This document shows positions 1 through 53,130 of a stretch of DNA of 64,000 bases, in pieces. The notes under the pieces were generated by a model that did no database searches, had not been told where the DNA came from, and saw nothing but the letters and a program-made list of their open reading frames with translations. The stretch's first letter is position 1. The number at the start of each line of letters is the position of its first letter. Origin of the DNA: Tubiluchus corallicola (Eukaryota; Animalia; Priapulida); NCBI GenBank assembly GCA_030141605.1, contig JAQGDQ010000582.1:62001-126000 (forward strand), read 5' to 3'. Both the position numbers and the translations under genes were made by a program.

Positions 1-3000
1 AAAAGAAGCAGAACGAGCAAAGAATGCTGAAGAAGAACGACGCAAGGTGCACACTAATTATTACACTTATCTCAACAGTTTATTTTTGAAATATATTTGT
101 ACAGTATTAGAATAAGGAGTTTAGGTACGTGATAGGTAAAGCAAAAGGAATGTAATTATTAGCAGTATGACATTATGACTCTTATGCATTGCTCTCCAAT
201 CTTCCACATTTGCTTACAGAGCCTGTCAGTAATAGTATTTTGACACAATAAGCCTTTTCACAGTTCCAGCGGTTGATGATATCGTGAAAAGGTCAAAGGT
301 TAAGTGTACCAGACAATGCATTTGTGTATACTTGGCAATGCCCCGCAGTCCATGCTATTGAAATAGTAAGAGTTTTAACAGCTAGCCAGATTGTTGTTCT
401 TGTTCCCAAGCAAGATCCTGCTAGTAAATCACTGTATGCACAGACTAATGCATAGTTAAGTAACATCCATATAAAACAACTGAAGTTACTGAACAAACGT
501 GGCAGACGGCTTTGCTTTACCAACAGTTCACATGATGGTAGTGGTTACGATGCATTGCTGTGGTACACTTAATCTTTCACCTGCAACAACTGCACGTGTG
601 CACAACGAAACTGTGAAAAGGCTTAGTCTTTAGTGTTAGTTAGCAGTTAGCAATTCAAGTGATGAGGCCATTGATGCACAGTGCATGTCTGTAGTTGGTT
701 CAGGAATTCGTGGAAGGACTTGGAAAAGGTGTCTAGGTTTTGCTGATGATCGATTAGGAATAATGAAAAAATTTCGTTCTACTTTTCTCTTTCTCTCTCC
801 CTCGCCTCTCTATTTATGTCTATTCTCTGGTCCTAGTGACCTCAAAGAGAACTCGGTGTCTAAGAGTGAACTAGACACTCTACTGAAAGCACATCTGAAT
901 AGGCCTGTATCTGCTAGTGCTCCAGACTCAGTTTCATCGCAAAAGAAAAGCTGTGCAGAAGCAGCTAAACAGTTGTGATGAGAACTTCCAACTCTTAAAT
1001 TCAGGCAAACAGCGCTCGGGCGAGAAAGATGTTGCTGCTTTAAATGAAAGTGACGGATGCGTTGAAGTCAAAAAGCGCCGACGTCCACGGCTCGGGCAAA
1101 GCAACAGCCTTAAGTGATCACGAGATCAGCGACTGGAAGTTTGCTTCTCAAAACGAGTAAACCGCTTCGTAGAATATTCGCGACGCGTTTAGACCAGGAC
1201 ACGCAAGCGTCAGAAATTCAACGTTTCATAGATGAGTCGTGTGACATTTTCCGTTAGTGTTGAGCAGCTCAAGACTAATTATAACACGTACTTTTCTTTT
1301 GTTATTAGCTGCCACGGTACTGATGAGTACAATGAAATTATGAGCGCCGAATTATAGCCAGCAGGAACCTTAGTGAAACCATATTACGCACCAAAAATAG
1401 CAAAGAACAAAACTACTTTATCACAAACATTAACGCAAGAATCAAGACTGCCTTCTACCGGTAGTTCTAAACCGTCTTTATCCACTCACAGTGAAGGGCA
1501 AAGTGACAAACTCATCCATCATGTAACAGGTGGCGGTACCACTAACAGTTCAACTTATCTACCCAATGATGAGCTACAACTACAGCCAACTAGCGACTCT
1601 CAAGATAGCGAGCTATAATTGCAACTCTGTTATACATCCCGAGTCTCAATATGTTATTCGGGAATTGTGCAATTCATGCGATGTAATACTTCTGCAAGAA
1701 ACAATGTTGCCAAAGCAGGAACTGGGATATCTGTCGTGCATTCACCCAGATTTCTACGGTCAAGGTGTTTTCGCCAACCGACTTATCAGTTGGAATGGTG
1801 GAAGAAAGACCACAAGGTGGACTGGCAATTCTGTGGAAGAAAAGCCTACCTGTTACTAGCAGACTTCTCACACTTGATGACGTTTACAGGTTTATGGGCA
1901 TATCCTTCTCAATTCCTGGGAAACTTATGCCACTCGTATTGCTTAATGCTTATTTCCCCTATGAAGCAGATTGTAATATTGATGAATTTAGGCCTTGTCT
2001 AGGTAATCTCGTTTCTATTATTGACACGACAGAATCTAGTTATGTCTGTTGCATTGGTGACTACAATTGTCATCCTTATAAACGATTTTATCAGGTACGT
2101 TATATCTGATGTAGCCAAAATGTCTAGCTTATCTTTTACGTTCGTAAGTGTGGCTCTCAATTCTACCACTTGGCTTGACCATGTCATTAGTACTTGTGCT
2201 ATGGACTCCTTAATTGGTGATGTGTTGGTTAATTATGATCTCACAAGCACAGATCACATGCCCTTAATGCTAAACACATGTTTAGATAAAATGCTTACAT
2301 CGCCAAGTGATGGAGTTTTAGTAACTCCAGCGGAGGTTTTGAATGGTCATGTTTGTGCCCGGGCCTTGTCTTCTTCTCCAACAAGAAGATGTCTCGTAAT
2401 GTGGTCGACTGGGATAAAGCAACTAATGTCCAACTTCTTGATTATCATACAATGACACAATCCCTACTTTCTAGTATTGCTGTACCGTATCACGTTATTC
2501 ATTGTGGTGATATCCACTGCAATAATGAGTACCACAAACAAGAATTATCTTTAATGTATGATAACATCATTGGGGTGCTTAACACAGCTGCCCAACTTAC
2601 TTTTCCTGATTGTTCACATTCGAAAAGTCACGATCCCATTAAAGACAAAATAATACCCGTCTGGAATGATTTTGTTTCAGAGAAACACAGACATTTTCGC
2701 CATTGTTTCCTTAATTGGTGCGCAAGTGGTAAACCTCGAGATGGATTCATTGCAAACGATACGTCTCAGGCACGCGCACACTTTAAACTTGCTTTGCGTG
2801 AGTGCAAACGGCAAGAAAAAACGCTTGTAGCTGACAAAATTGCTTACAAGCTAATGAATTGTAACTCTTATGAGTTTTGGGCGATTATTAAAAAGGAAAC
2901 AAATGCGAAAATCCCTCTTCCTGCGAAAATCGACGAAATCACTGGGGAGAAAGCTATTTGTGGGGTGATTATTACAAGGACATTTTAAACTCTGTAAATA

Positions 3001-4149
3001 ATGGTGACATTGAAGCTGTGATTTCTTTTACAGTAAGTGAAGTGAAACACGCCATTTCTACTTTGTCATTGCACAAATCGGCTGAACATGACGCCATTAA
3101 ATCCGAACATTTTAGAAACGCTTTTCATATGCTAGCAATATTACTAGCACTTTTCTATTGTTCCTGCGTGACAAATTGTTTTTTGCCTTATGCACTGATG
3201 CTGTCAGTGATTATTCCAATCGTGAAAGACAAAAATAAGGAAATCACAGTCACAAGTAATTACAGGCCGATAGCACTCGCCTCAGTGTCTAGCAAACTTC
3301 TTGAAATTTTACGGTTAAACAGGTACGGCTATTTACTTTCGACGACGCCAAACCAATTTGGTTACGTTGATAAATTAGGTTCAGAAATGTATTTATACAC
3401 CAATAAGGAAGTAATTGATTATTATGTTCAACGGGAGAGTCCAGTTCACATTTTATATTTGGATGCGTCAAAAGCTTTTGGTAGAGTAAATTACTACAAA
3501 CTGTTTTTAAAGCTAACAAATTCTGATTTTCCAAATATTGTTATTCGTTTACTAACGTTTTATTTTCTGAACAAAATAAAGTGAGTAAGTGAGTTCACTT
3601 ATTCATACGTTGAGAGTGCTAGAATGATTTCAGTAAATCATAATGTTACATACTTTGATGTTATACACAGGAAAATGGCTTACAGTTTGTACATGAGAGT
3701 AATGTGTAGTACAAATTCATTAATTAAACCTTTAAATGAAAGTGAAGTAGCATACACTTCTGACATTAGAAGACAGTGGAGGATCTTGTTATATTGTAAT
3801 TATACTTAAAGAATGGCTCAATGCAACAAACTTCAATGAAGAGGCACTTTTTGGTGCTAAGCATCACTGCATAATTTATCTTTATATTATGTGTATGTAG
3901 TATGTGATGTTATAGATATCGTGTAATTGTGGTGCATGTATTTTTTATGTTTGTTTTTTATTTTGCATCACTGGATTATTTATCTTTATATTTTGTGTAT
4001 GTAGTATGTAATGTTGTAGATATCGTGTAATTGTGGTGCATGTATTTTTTATGTTTGTTTTTTATTTTGTGCGCGTAAATATGAATTTTGATTCGAAATA
4101 AAGCGTTAAATCAAATCAAAATCAAATCTCTCTCTCTTTCTCTCTCTCT

Positions 4150-4206
<57 letters not shown>

Positions 4207-7200
4207 TCTCTCTTTCTCTCTGCTTGTCTATTGTCTATCTGTCCCTCTACTTGCCTGTCTGCCCATCTGTCTGTCTCTGTTTGTTCTACTTGGTTTCTGT
4301 TGTTGACCAATTTTTCTTTTCGCAACCAAAGCATCTTTCCCATGCTCTAATCCAATGGATTATCAAACATTTTGATAACAGACTTGAAATAAGATTATTA
4401 GTTTACCTCGCAGCTGTTGTTAGTTGGACAGATGAAGCCAAGAATTTGTTAAATACGCTCCCTGTTTAGCTTGAATTCTTGATGAAGTCAGGCACATAAA
4501 TTATTGATAAGTATGGCAACACCCCCGGTGACCTTAATCATCATTAAAATTAATCGATTTGTTTTCATGCAGCAAGAAGCTGAGGAGAGAAGAATTGCCA
4601 AGATACCACCCTGGCGTTTACAGATGTTGGGAATCAAACCTCCAGAGGACAGGTAATTGAATTTTGTTGAAAAGGAAGAAACCAATTCATTTTTATGCAC
4701 CGCTGTTACAGTAGATGAATATTCTGATTTTTGTTTGGTTGTCTTCAGCGTCTGTCTACTTGATTGTCTGACTTTGATTGCCTGACTGTTTGAGAGTCTT
4801 CAGTGTCTGTCTGACTGTCTGGCAGTTTGAGAGGTTTCAGTGTCAGTCGGACTGTCTGACTGTAACTGTCTAACTGTGTGATTGTCATTAGTGTCTGTCT
4901 GACTGTTTTATTGTCTTCAGTGTCTGTCTGAGTGTTCAGTGTTCAGTGTAAGCATGTGGTTTACTAGCATCACTGTAACAAATAGCATAGATTGAGCTGT
5001 GGCTCACACGAGCACAGTTTGTGATATCTTTTTTAAAAAATGCCAGACAAAACATTTCAAAAGAGAATAGGGCTTGTAATATAATATAACAGTTGTTAGA
5101 TTGGTAAGCTCTTGTTTTTTGCTCTCTCTTTCTCTCACCTACTTCCAGATATGTCAAAATAATAATGATGATGATGATAATAATAATAACAATAATAATA
5201 ATAACAGTAATGATAACAACAACAATGAGGACAGTGGCAACACTGTGGCAATGGTGACGACAACAACAATAATATATGGTAGGAACATCACTCTTGCAAC
5301 ATTTAGCCTAACTGCTAATTGATTGGAGAAGCACTCAGAAATTGTGGCAGAATCAGGACTTGAATCCAGCACCTTTGGCTTTGGGGGCATATGCTGTACT
5401 ATTTGAGTTTCTAATTGAACATGTCAACATGGCATAGCTGGTCTCACCCTAGCAATACACAATCACTCAGAACCACCTGTTCATACTAGTGACATATCAC
5501 TACATTTCAATAAACTCAACAGTGGGAGATATAATGTCTGCACCTTTCCGTAGGATATTCAAGACACAAGCACACACGCACGCACACCTGCGCATGCACA
5601 CTTGTGTGCATGCATGCTCAGCCACTCATGTGGAGACCTCACTCATTCATTTGCTTGCTTTCCATATCGATAATTTGTACAGGCAAATTAAGGCTTATGG
5701 GAATTCAATTTTGCTCTGAATGAAAGACCTGCTGATTATCATTTGCCTTTTGCCTGTCACACCTTTCTGGTAAGTCCATGAAATTTTGTTTAGGCAAAGG
5801 TCAAGTCCAAGTCACACAACTACTGTCACGGAACCTGGAGCAAAAAAACGGAGCTACTCATTCGACGAAGTTGAAGTAAATGGACAAGCTAATACTAGGA
5901 GAAGTCATCTATATAAAGGTATGCACACATGATGAAGATGCAAGATCATTGCTTTACACATTGCAGATCTATACTTACTTACAGCAGTGGGGAAGTAGCG
6001 GCCCGTAATTAAAATTAGTGGGGGTGCTGGTTCAGTAAATTTTCAGCCATTATTTTAATACTGTGTAAAATGAAACAAATATATGTAATTTTAATGCTGT
6101 GATTTGTAATTGTAATTTTAAACAAACAAACATTCAAAAATTTATACATAAACTTGATAAAATCCTAAACAAGAAATATTGTTTGCTTACGAATAACGCG
6201 GTAAATTGCCGCAGTTCAAGAATATGCCAGCACACGGCTTTTAATCACCTGACAAATGAAAACACACACTGCTTGAGCGACAGTACTCTTTCTACCTAGC
6301 AGCAGATGCTAGCAGTAGCGTACACTATCTCAGACATATGCACATGGCCGCATGTGTACAACAGCCTAACACACCACTGCGCTGGGCTATGAAGCAAACA
6401 GCGCTACCCTCACATGCTCTGGTTCCGTACAACTATAAAAAAGAACTAAAGAAAAAGGCCTTATTATATTGAATATTATTGATAATATTGAATGAAAATA
6501 GGGGGTGCCACAGTTCCACAGTAGCTATACATGAGTCGCCACTGGTCACAGAATTATTCATGTGACGAGATCCTGCATAACTGAAACTTCAGACTTTGTA
6601 GCAAGTTATTCAAAAGCCTGTTGCAATAAGTACAGTGGAAAAAACAGAGGAAATTTATAGTTGCATTGTGCTATAATGTCATAGATCTGTTTTACAGAAA
6701 ATCTGGAAGAGGAAGCAACTTTGGCAACAACTAAAAAGAACAGTATCCCTCGAAGCCTTTTGGGAGACTTCATGGTGCAGTCATTAGCCAAGAAGGAAAT
6801 GGCCAAATCTGTGTCTGATGAAGAAGGAGAAGACACCGTAAGCACCCTCAGTGAGACACTTTCAGAAAAGCAAGAACATGATGTGGCAATTACTCCTGCC
6901 AAAAAGCCACCAGGAAGGTTACCCAGAAGTCCACTTGCCACTTTGTTGGTGGAGTCCCTGGGACAGAGGCACGGAGACCCAGAAGAAAGCACAATTGACA
7001 TAAAGAAGCTAGCAAACACACATGTTGCTAATGAAAATCAACTACAAAATGTTCCAAAAAGTATGGGCCAGAAATCGGCACAGGTTGGTGATGCAACAAC
7101 TGATGTCACAAAAACTACAAATAATGGAATTCCGGCAGACAGTAACTCACACAATTCCACCTATTTCAATGAAGATTTGCTTAGCAGACGAGCAGACGAT

Positions 7201-7563
7201 GATGACGATGATGATGATGATGAGTACAACTTGAACACTCCCCCAATTATTATTGAAGAAAAAGTGGAAAATAAAATTCCAGATACAGGGTCGAGTACAA
7301 AAACTAATGCTGTTTTAGAAAAGCCTGGTGTGCCAAAGCAAAAGGCCGATGCTGATGATAAACAGGAAGTGGCATCAACAAAGAAAATCACCGATGTCAT
7401 CAGCAGTTTCAAGTCGTTAGAAGCAAAGCAGCAATCACAAGTAAAGGCACTATATCCCATTCAAACGCAGTATTCTGTTCGGCCTAAACAAGCCCAAGTG
7501 CTGGACATGCATGGCAATCCTATTGGCTCATGGAAAGATGCTCTTAGTAATATAAAAAGATAA
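1..7563 (+). CDS. 3' part of a probable espin/forked-like actin-bundling protein gene; exons <1..46, 4573..4652, 5794..5918, 6698..7563
   Basis: GT-AG introns with matching phases (0,2,1) join to KEAERAKNAEEERRK|QEAEERRIAKIPPWRLQMLGIKPPEDR|QRSSP...HLYK|ENLEEEAT...WKDALSNIKR*. The Glu/Arg-rich helix plus IPPWRxQML resembles, from recall, the espin/forked actin-bundling module. AATAAA at 7592. The exon structure is well supported; the identity is less certain. Confidence 0.6.
250..624. mobile_element. ISL2EU/Harbinger-like MITE (family A)
   Basis: TIR AAGCCTTTTCACAGTT...AACTGTGAAAAGGCTT with internal inverted GGTCAAAGGTTAAGTGTACCA. AT on the left, AG on the right here; other copies have AT on both sides. 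Confidence 0.75.
830..4126 (+). mobile_element. Degraded non-LTR retrotransposon (LINE; ORF1 remnant plus APE endonuclease and RT; clade uncertain)
   Basis: Frameshifted ORFs give LKIASYNCNS, VILLQET, GGLAILW, IGDYN, WLDHV, TDHMP (APE) and IIPIVKDK, NYRPIAL, QFG, LDASKAF (RT). The RT core is deleted after ~3584. Ends AATAAA...(TCAAA)n at 4098-4126. 5' boundary approximate. Confidence 0.85.
3861..4068 (+). repeat. ~104-bp tandem duplication in the LINE 3' UTR
   Basis: GCATCACTG...TTTATCTTTATA...GTGCATGTATTTTTTATGTTTGTTTTTTATTTTG occurs at 3861 and 3965. Confidence 0.85.
4127..4222. repeat. (CT)n microsatellite
   Basis: Direct reading. Confidence 0.95.
5157..5226. repeat. (AAT/GAT/AAC)n microsatellite
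   Basis: Direct reading. Confidence 0.9.
5985..6544. mobile_element. hAT-like MITE (family B)
   Basis: CAGTGG...CCACTG ends; homologous to 28240..28734 and, inverted, to ~36174..36650. Confidence 0.7.
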
Positions 7564-8620
7564 AAATTGACATCGAACACGGTTGTGGTTGAATAAAATG
7601 ACATATTTTTCTAAAATTAAACCTGTAAAGGTTAAAATTTAATGTTTATTATACTTTGTGCCTTTTGTTATCTGTATCATTTAACTTTAATTTTTTGGCT
7701 CTTTCTAATGTTTAGGTGTCGAAGTTCTTACTGTGAAAATAACTGATAGGTCTTATGATGACCTTATCATGATTGGTGGTGGTTTATTACCAAAAAAGGT
7801 CTAGATGGAAAAAAAATTAGTGATAGCTATGTTTGCAAAGTCTTAAAAATTGTTTATCTTTATTATTTATTTTTGTAACATTATTTTACTTTTGATTATG
7901 CTATTTCTGCTTAGAAACAATGCACTTATGTGGTTACTGATTGGTGCAGTGGTACATCCTTCTTAATAGGAATGCAAAAACTCGCTAATTATTGTACCTG
8001 TTAATAAATAATTATAAATATATGCGTGTGTATAATTTTTGTTTTATGTAATAATTTTTGGCTGCTTACTCGATACGCGTAATGCCAATCTGATCACGTA
8101 GCATGTAATTGTAGACTTATAGCACTGTCAATAAATTTAATGATAAAGCAAGCACTATGGGTAGACCTAGTCATAACGTAATTGGCCTTTTGACAGCTGT
8201 TGGGAAGTCAACGTTTGAAATAAATTCTTGTTAATTTGGTATGCAAGCAGTTGCTGATTATGTTAAAATAATTATCAATTTCAGTTTTTATGAATGTTAA
8301 TTTATAATCACATCATTGAATACAAAACTGAATAAATAATGCACTACATTGTCGTTATCATAAATTTTGAAGTCGCATTCTGTTGCTCTTACAGCCGTTT
8401 ATATTAGAAAGCTAGCAAAATATAATAAGTACTGCTAAGGAATAATTATTACAGATTCATTACCTGATTGAGAATGCAGTGTGCCACAATACTGTTACAG
8501 TATACCTATGTCATCAGCTTTGACAAAACTTTAAACTGAAGGAACTTTTAACAAAGAAGAAATGAGAATTTTAAACCTCAATGAGACCGAATTTCAGTGA
8601 CGAAAGCAACTGAACTGATT

Positions 8621-8830
8621 TGTGTGGTCGAGTGGTTTAGATGTCGGACTGCAACCACGCAGTCTTGATCTCGTTCGATACTAGCGGCTGTCAATGCCAG
8701 GGCTTATACCCTTACTTGTTATACATTGTTAGTGTGGTGTTGCGTCCTTACCTGTATTGTTGTAAGTCGCTAAACAGCTGTTAGTGTTAATATTGTCTAT
8801 TATTAGCTTAAACAAGCGACGGTAAACAAA
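8621..8830 (+). mobile_element. tRNA-derived SINE
   Basis: A-box TGGTCGAGTGG and B-box-like GTTCGATAC followed by a non-tRNA body with TGTAAGTCGC; a similar head occurs at ~50218. Confidence 0.55.
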
Positions 8831-8867
8831 TCTTGTTTTCGTCTTTCTTTGTCTTTATACTTTATAC

Positions 8868-9281
8868 CAGGGGTGTGCATACTGCGGCCCGCCGAGAGAT
8901 GTTGTGCGGCCCGCGAAGAGGTTTGTCAACGTAATGAAAGTGCGGCCCACGCGATCCAACTGAAGTCCGCGCCAATATCGCAAAGATAGTGCGGGTAGTT
9001 TTTTCCTCTATATCGGATGGCATTAACCCTTACAAGACCGTTGTCACTTAATGTCACTGTCGGACATGACGAAATATATGGTTTTTAGTATGAATTTTAA
9101 TAACTTCTAAAATAGTTTCTTGAGTATAGTAGTGCAGTAGTAATGCTGTGACAGATCAGATGCAGAAAAATCGTTATTAGGTCCTACTGTACTTGGCTCC
9201 TTGACCAAACTGCATGCGGCCCGCAGGAATTGCGGGAAAGTTTAATGTGGCCCGGCTAGTCAGATAATTTGCACACCCCTG
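8868..9281. mobile_element. hAT (Charlie/Buster-like) MITE
   Basis: TIR CAGGGGTGTGCA...TGCACACCCCTG, perfect 8-bp TSD CTTTATAC (8860-8867 and 9282-9289), subterminal GCGGCCCG motifs. Confidence 0.9.
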
Positions 9282-10599
9282 CTTTATACTAAGAATCCTT
9301 ATAATTAGAGTTTGTCTTTGTTGATTGTGTCACGTGATCAAGTGTTGTGTTATATCAGGAAATGCACATCAACGCATGTAATTTTTTCTATTAAAGCAAG
9401 TTGATTGACCTATTTGGAATACGCGTCGGTTGCATGCTCACGACAGTGTGATTAAATGATAACTTGAAAGAACTCGGGATCTATGTATTTGTCTAGCTGC
9501 TGATTTGGTCCCTCTTCGAATTCTACTCGCGAGCAAAGGTTCGAAACTGTAGACTGTGTGAACACTGAACAGTTTCAAAATAATTATTTGTGGAAACACT
9601 ATTCTGGAAGGAACAGCCTTTTTCCGGCCTTTTAGAGTTCTTTGTGGTCTACTGGTCTTTCACAATCAACCATCACTAGTCGACAGGTTCAGAATGCTTT
9701 AAACATTTTGGGAGAGGACTGCCTACAGATCGTTTGCTATCTATATACTTTTTTCTCTGAATAAAGTTTTGGGATTTCTACAAAACTGCATCATAGTAAT
9801 TGTCTTTATATGAACGAATTCAATGCACTGCACAAATACAATGTTGACGCACACTCAGACAGTGAGATCATTATTATTGTATCACTTTATTGATTGCGAC
9901 TTAAACAATAAACAATTATTGGTAAAAAATTTAAACCAACAAAAAGAGGGAAAATAACGGTAAACGCTAACAGAATAGAAAGAAAATAATAGCAAATGAG
10001 GCTTAATTAGCCAGTGAATCAGTGACGCTTCAGCAGAGATATAACTTTCGTATCTTAGGCTCATCACCATTTTTGTAGCAGTTTCCCATATTGCTGAGCC
10101 ATGTGTGGCAACAAAACTTGTGAAGACTTGGATTGCACATCACATGGGCAATATACAATGCAAGCCTCGTACTTTAGGCTCTAAACTTTTGGTTTGTGCA
10201 CGTGCATGCTATATATATGCGCATATATAAGTACATCATTCAGGATTACTGTTTCGAAGTAACTCACCGCATAGTCTATAAAATTATGTAGAACTAGAAG
10301 GGGTGGAGAATACCAACGAAAAAACTTAGGCTCTATTCTCATTTTGCCAATTCAACCTGCTATCATCTAATTGGTACCAAGTGGTAAGTCATTATTTTAG
10401 ATACTTGTGTTTACTTATGTTGTCTTCAGGGATCGTTGTTCACATCGTGCACATTGGCAGCAACTACTCCGATCCCCAAGGAAGAAGAAAGCAGTATTAC
10501 TGCAGCAGACTTTTGCCCTTCAAAAAGCGTTTAAGATTTGCATTTTTAAGACGGTGGCGGAAACATTGGTAGAGTTGGCTCAGGTAATATTAGGATAAA

Positions 10600-11120
10600 A
10601 ACGGCACTGATAGTTCCAAACTGGTTCTATTCTCACTGAAAAACTACCTTGGCGAGTCTTGAGACTGGCACGTTCGTTGAAAAGTTTGAAAGTTCCTCCA
10701 CGTGCATGACTTACTGTCACCCAACTGAAAAAGTTCTCAAAACTGAGAATGTCATTTTCATGAATGATGTTGTAGACCATAACTAAATCAGCATGTAGCC
10801 GTCTTTCCTCTAGTGATGTTATATGGAGTTCTTGTAGTTGCTGTGGATAATTGAGATTTTCCGTACCTGCAACTCCATGTGTGAATCGTCTTTGAACAGA
10901 TTCCAGCACATCAATGTCTTTCAAGTAATAGGGATTCCAAACTGGACTTGCATACTCTGTAGTATAGGCCTTATAAATAAGGAGAATAGCCAAAGTCTGA
11001 AATCACGAGCTTTGGTTTGGACTCTGACATTGATTACTCTCAATGGTCCAATGGCTTTCTTGGCGATACTGTTACACTGAGTTGCAAATTTTTAAGTTGA
11101 TGTTATTATCACCTCCAAAT
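10600..11120 (-). mobile_element. CR1-like LINE 3' fragment
   Basis: ORF 10580..10993(-): EYASPVWNPY..KDIDVLESVQRRFT...SLEERRLHADL...FSVRIEPVWN, the conserved C-terminus of CR1-type ORF2. Confidence 0.8.
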
Positions 11121-13820
11121 TGCATTTATACTCAAAAGAGTTTAATTGCACTGTACACTGTTGCATTGTGTTTAAGAATATTGAATTAATGTGACTAACT
11201 TGTGATTAATACTTAACAAAAGGAATAATTGGCTGCAAATTTTATTATATTTTATTAATTTTATTACAGTTTTGTTATATTTCTGCTACTCCAGTTTTTT
11301 GCACAATTTATTATATTTATATTCCAATAAAGTATTGCTCTACAGGAAGGGAAGAACAAAATAGTAAAATGTTATGAGGTGATTAATCAGAAGAAAAGGC
11401 TGACCACAATATAGACAACAATTAAAAGATCAAAGTCTCCATAGTAGTAAGTTAACAAATTGTTTGAAAAGTTGACTATGGGTACTGTTAATCAATCGAT
11501 TCTGTCATTCATCATTTTGTTACAACTAACTGTGCTGACTTGAGATCTTTTCCATCTCCAGAAAAACTTTGGTTTAAATCCGGGCATTCAGCTGGGATTT
11601 ACATTGTGCATCCAAAAGGTATTGGTTAGTTTGATACTTTCTGTTGGACCAGCTTCTGTTCCACCTACATAATTATGCTAAGTACCTGACCAGAGACTCG
11701 ATCCTAGATTGTAACTTATCTAATGGTCTCACATTTTAAATCCTGCCACACAGGCTCTTAGATGGCCAAAAATAGAATTCAAATTTTGTGGTATAAGAGA
11801 TCAAGTACCAAGTGTGCTACTTTTAATGCCAAAATATGTCCAAAAGTCCTGAGTTAGATTTCAGTAGCTTTATTACGTGTTACCTGAAAACGAACGATAT
11901 AATTATAAGTAAATTTTGCAAGTGTAACGTAAGATTATACAATTAATTGCATAACATGTATCTGAAAAATTACCGAACATCCTGACTTAAATAATAATAT
12001 TTCACAAAAATAAGAAGACTTACATGTTGTCATCTCTTAGCGCTTTCAGCCCCAAAAGTCCAGCCTCACCAGCAAAGTTTAAAGAATCATGTCAATGTGA
12101 TATTCTACTCGCTTATGTAAAATAATTAATTAATTAACTAAGAAATTGGTCGATTTTACTTATGCCTATTGCTTTATATGCCCAACTCAGCGATTATGCA
12201 GCCATTCCCTGATGACGTCATGGCAGGAAACTTGAAAAGACTACCACCATCACTTGTTGCTTTAACACATTACCCTGCTACACAAATTTTAGGCATTTTG
12301 CACGTGGTTAATGTACAAAAAAGTTACACAACACGAAAACAAGTTCCAAAATGTTTAACATGCGACACCTCGTCAGCCCGATCAGATGCATCACTGCAGT
12401 AAACAAAACACAGGCACAGACATCCCACAATACTTTTCAGACAATCATCCTTATCCTGCCATGACATCAATCACTACAAGTATCCGAAGTTTGGCTAGTG
12501 CTGGTACAGTATTGCAGATGTTCAAATTGATGAGATTGAGCGTATTTTATTAATTAATTCACATAGTTGCTTGCATGAAAACCGGGATATTCAATACAAT
12601 TATTTCTTTTCTGCTTAAGTTGTTGGTTTTGGTATTTATAAACAATGACTAGGCGTTTACTTTAAATGCAAAGTTGCTTATCATAATATCAGTACTCAAA
12701 GCCGAACCCAGACACAATAATATCAGTACCCGAACACATACAAGTAAAAAGTAGTGTTGCTCCGAATACATTTTTTTGTCGGATAAGGAATACTGGATAT
12801 CATCGAATATTTCCCAAAATTGACTTCCGTATTCGGATTATAACCGGATAGGTTTACTAAATTTGGATCGAATATGTGGATCAGATTGGATAATGAAAAA
12901 TTAGTAAATGTTTGCAAACTTTAGCGTCTATAATCTTAAAGTGTAAGGGGTCTTAAGGTTGTTTCATCTTTTGATAGGAATTTCTTCTTAAAAATAGAGT
13001 AAATTTGGGGCCAAAGTGTATCATAGTGTTGTGTCTGGATAGTTGCTACTATACATTATTACAGTGCAAACACTGCAGTTACTGAAAGCTTTTTTTTCAA
13101 TTTATTAGTCAAAAATCGATTTTCAATTTGTGTAAATAAATATATAAAATATAAATAAAAATATGCAGTAAATAAATGTATTTCACGTATAATTTTGCAT
13201 GAAAATCCATTGTGTGAGGAGCAGAAACCTACAAAAATTATCAATGTGTTTTTGCATAGTAAAATCGTCCGTAAGTTGGCAATTTAGCTTTTCTAGTTAT
13301 TTACATATCCTGAATCTCCACTTCATGAAGACCATTTTGATACCAAGCTCATCACGCTCAAATTAAATTTTTAGTATTTTTTGAATATTTTATTGGCATT
13401 TTGATGCTGGAATATAAAAGGCCAATATATTTAGCATTTGTTTTTATAAAAACAAATAACTGACATTTGACCAAATTTTTGTGCATTTTACTTTGAAGCA
13501 TCATGACATAATTTTAACTATGCTGACTTATGGATGGTTTTGGTTTGCAAGCACACATATAACATAATCACTGTTTAGTGAGAGCAGTTTTTCATGAATC
13601 CATGCAAAATGCAACAAACGCTTACAGTACTGAAGGAGTTTAAGACAGAAAGCCTGTATGAATTCTTTCTTATTAATATTTCCGAATTGAAAAAATCTGA
13701 TATGTTTAGCTGTATCTGTTACTATTTTTCAGCTTACAGGTTTTGATATCTTGCTGCTTGTGAAATTTTCTTGTTTTCTTCACACATTGTTAAGGACCAG
13801 TAAACTGACTAAGCCTGGAA

Positions 13821-52854
<39,034 letters not shown>

Positions 52855-53130
52855 TAAATCAGGGTTGCTTAAATGATGAACTTGCAACAATCTGTGAATG
52901 TGTAGGTTAATATTTATTTGCTAGTCGCACAAAGGCACGAGTTTTTGAGATGATGTCACTTTACAGATTCTGCGATACTGAATGTTTACAGTAATTTTTG
53001 TATTGTTGATAGGTTGTAGGCGTTGTTGGTTGTGAAGCAAAACATTTGTACCAAAACAATCCGTTCAAAATGTCCAGTGTTCAGTTTGCATTCAGTGTTC
53101 AACACTGGTAATGAACAATGGTATTACAAT

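Noticed and set aside
4088-5390. ORFs with SLSLSL, REREREG, poly-N or poly-L
   Set aside because: Translations of microsatellites.
8621-8695. tRNA-Cys gene
   Set aside because: A/B boxes are present but acceptor and T stems do not pair and the sequence continues into a SINE-like body.
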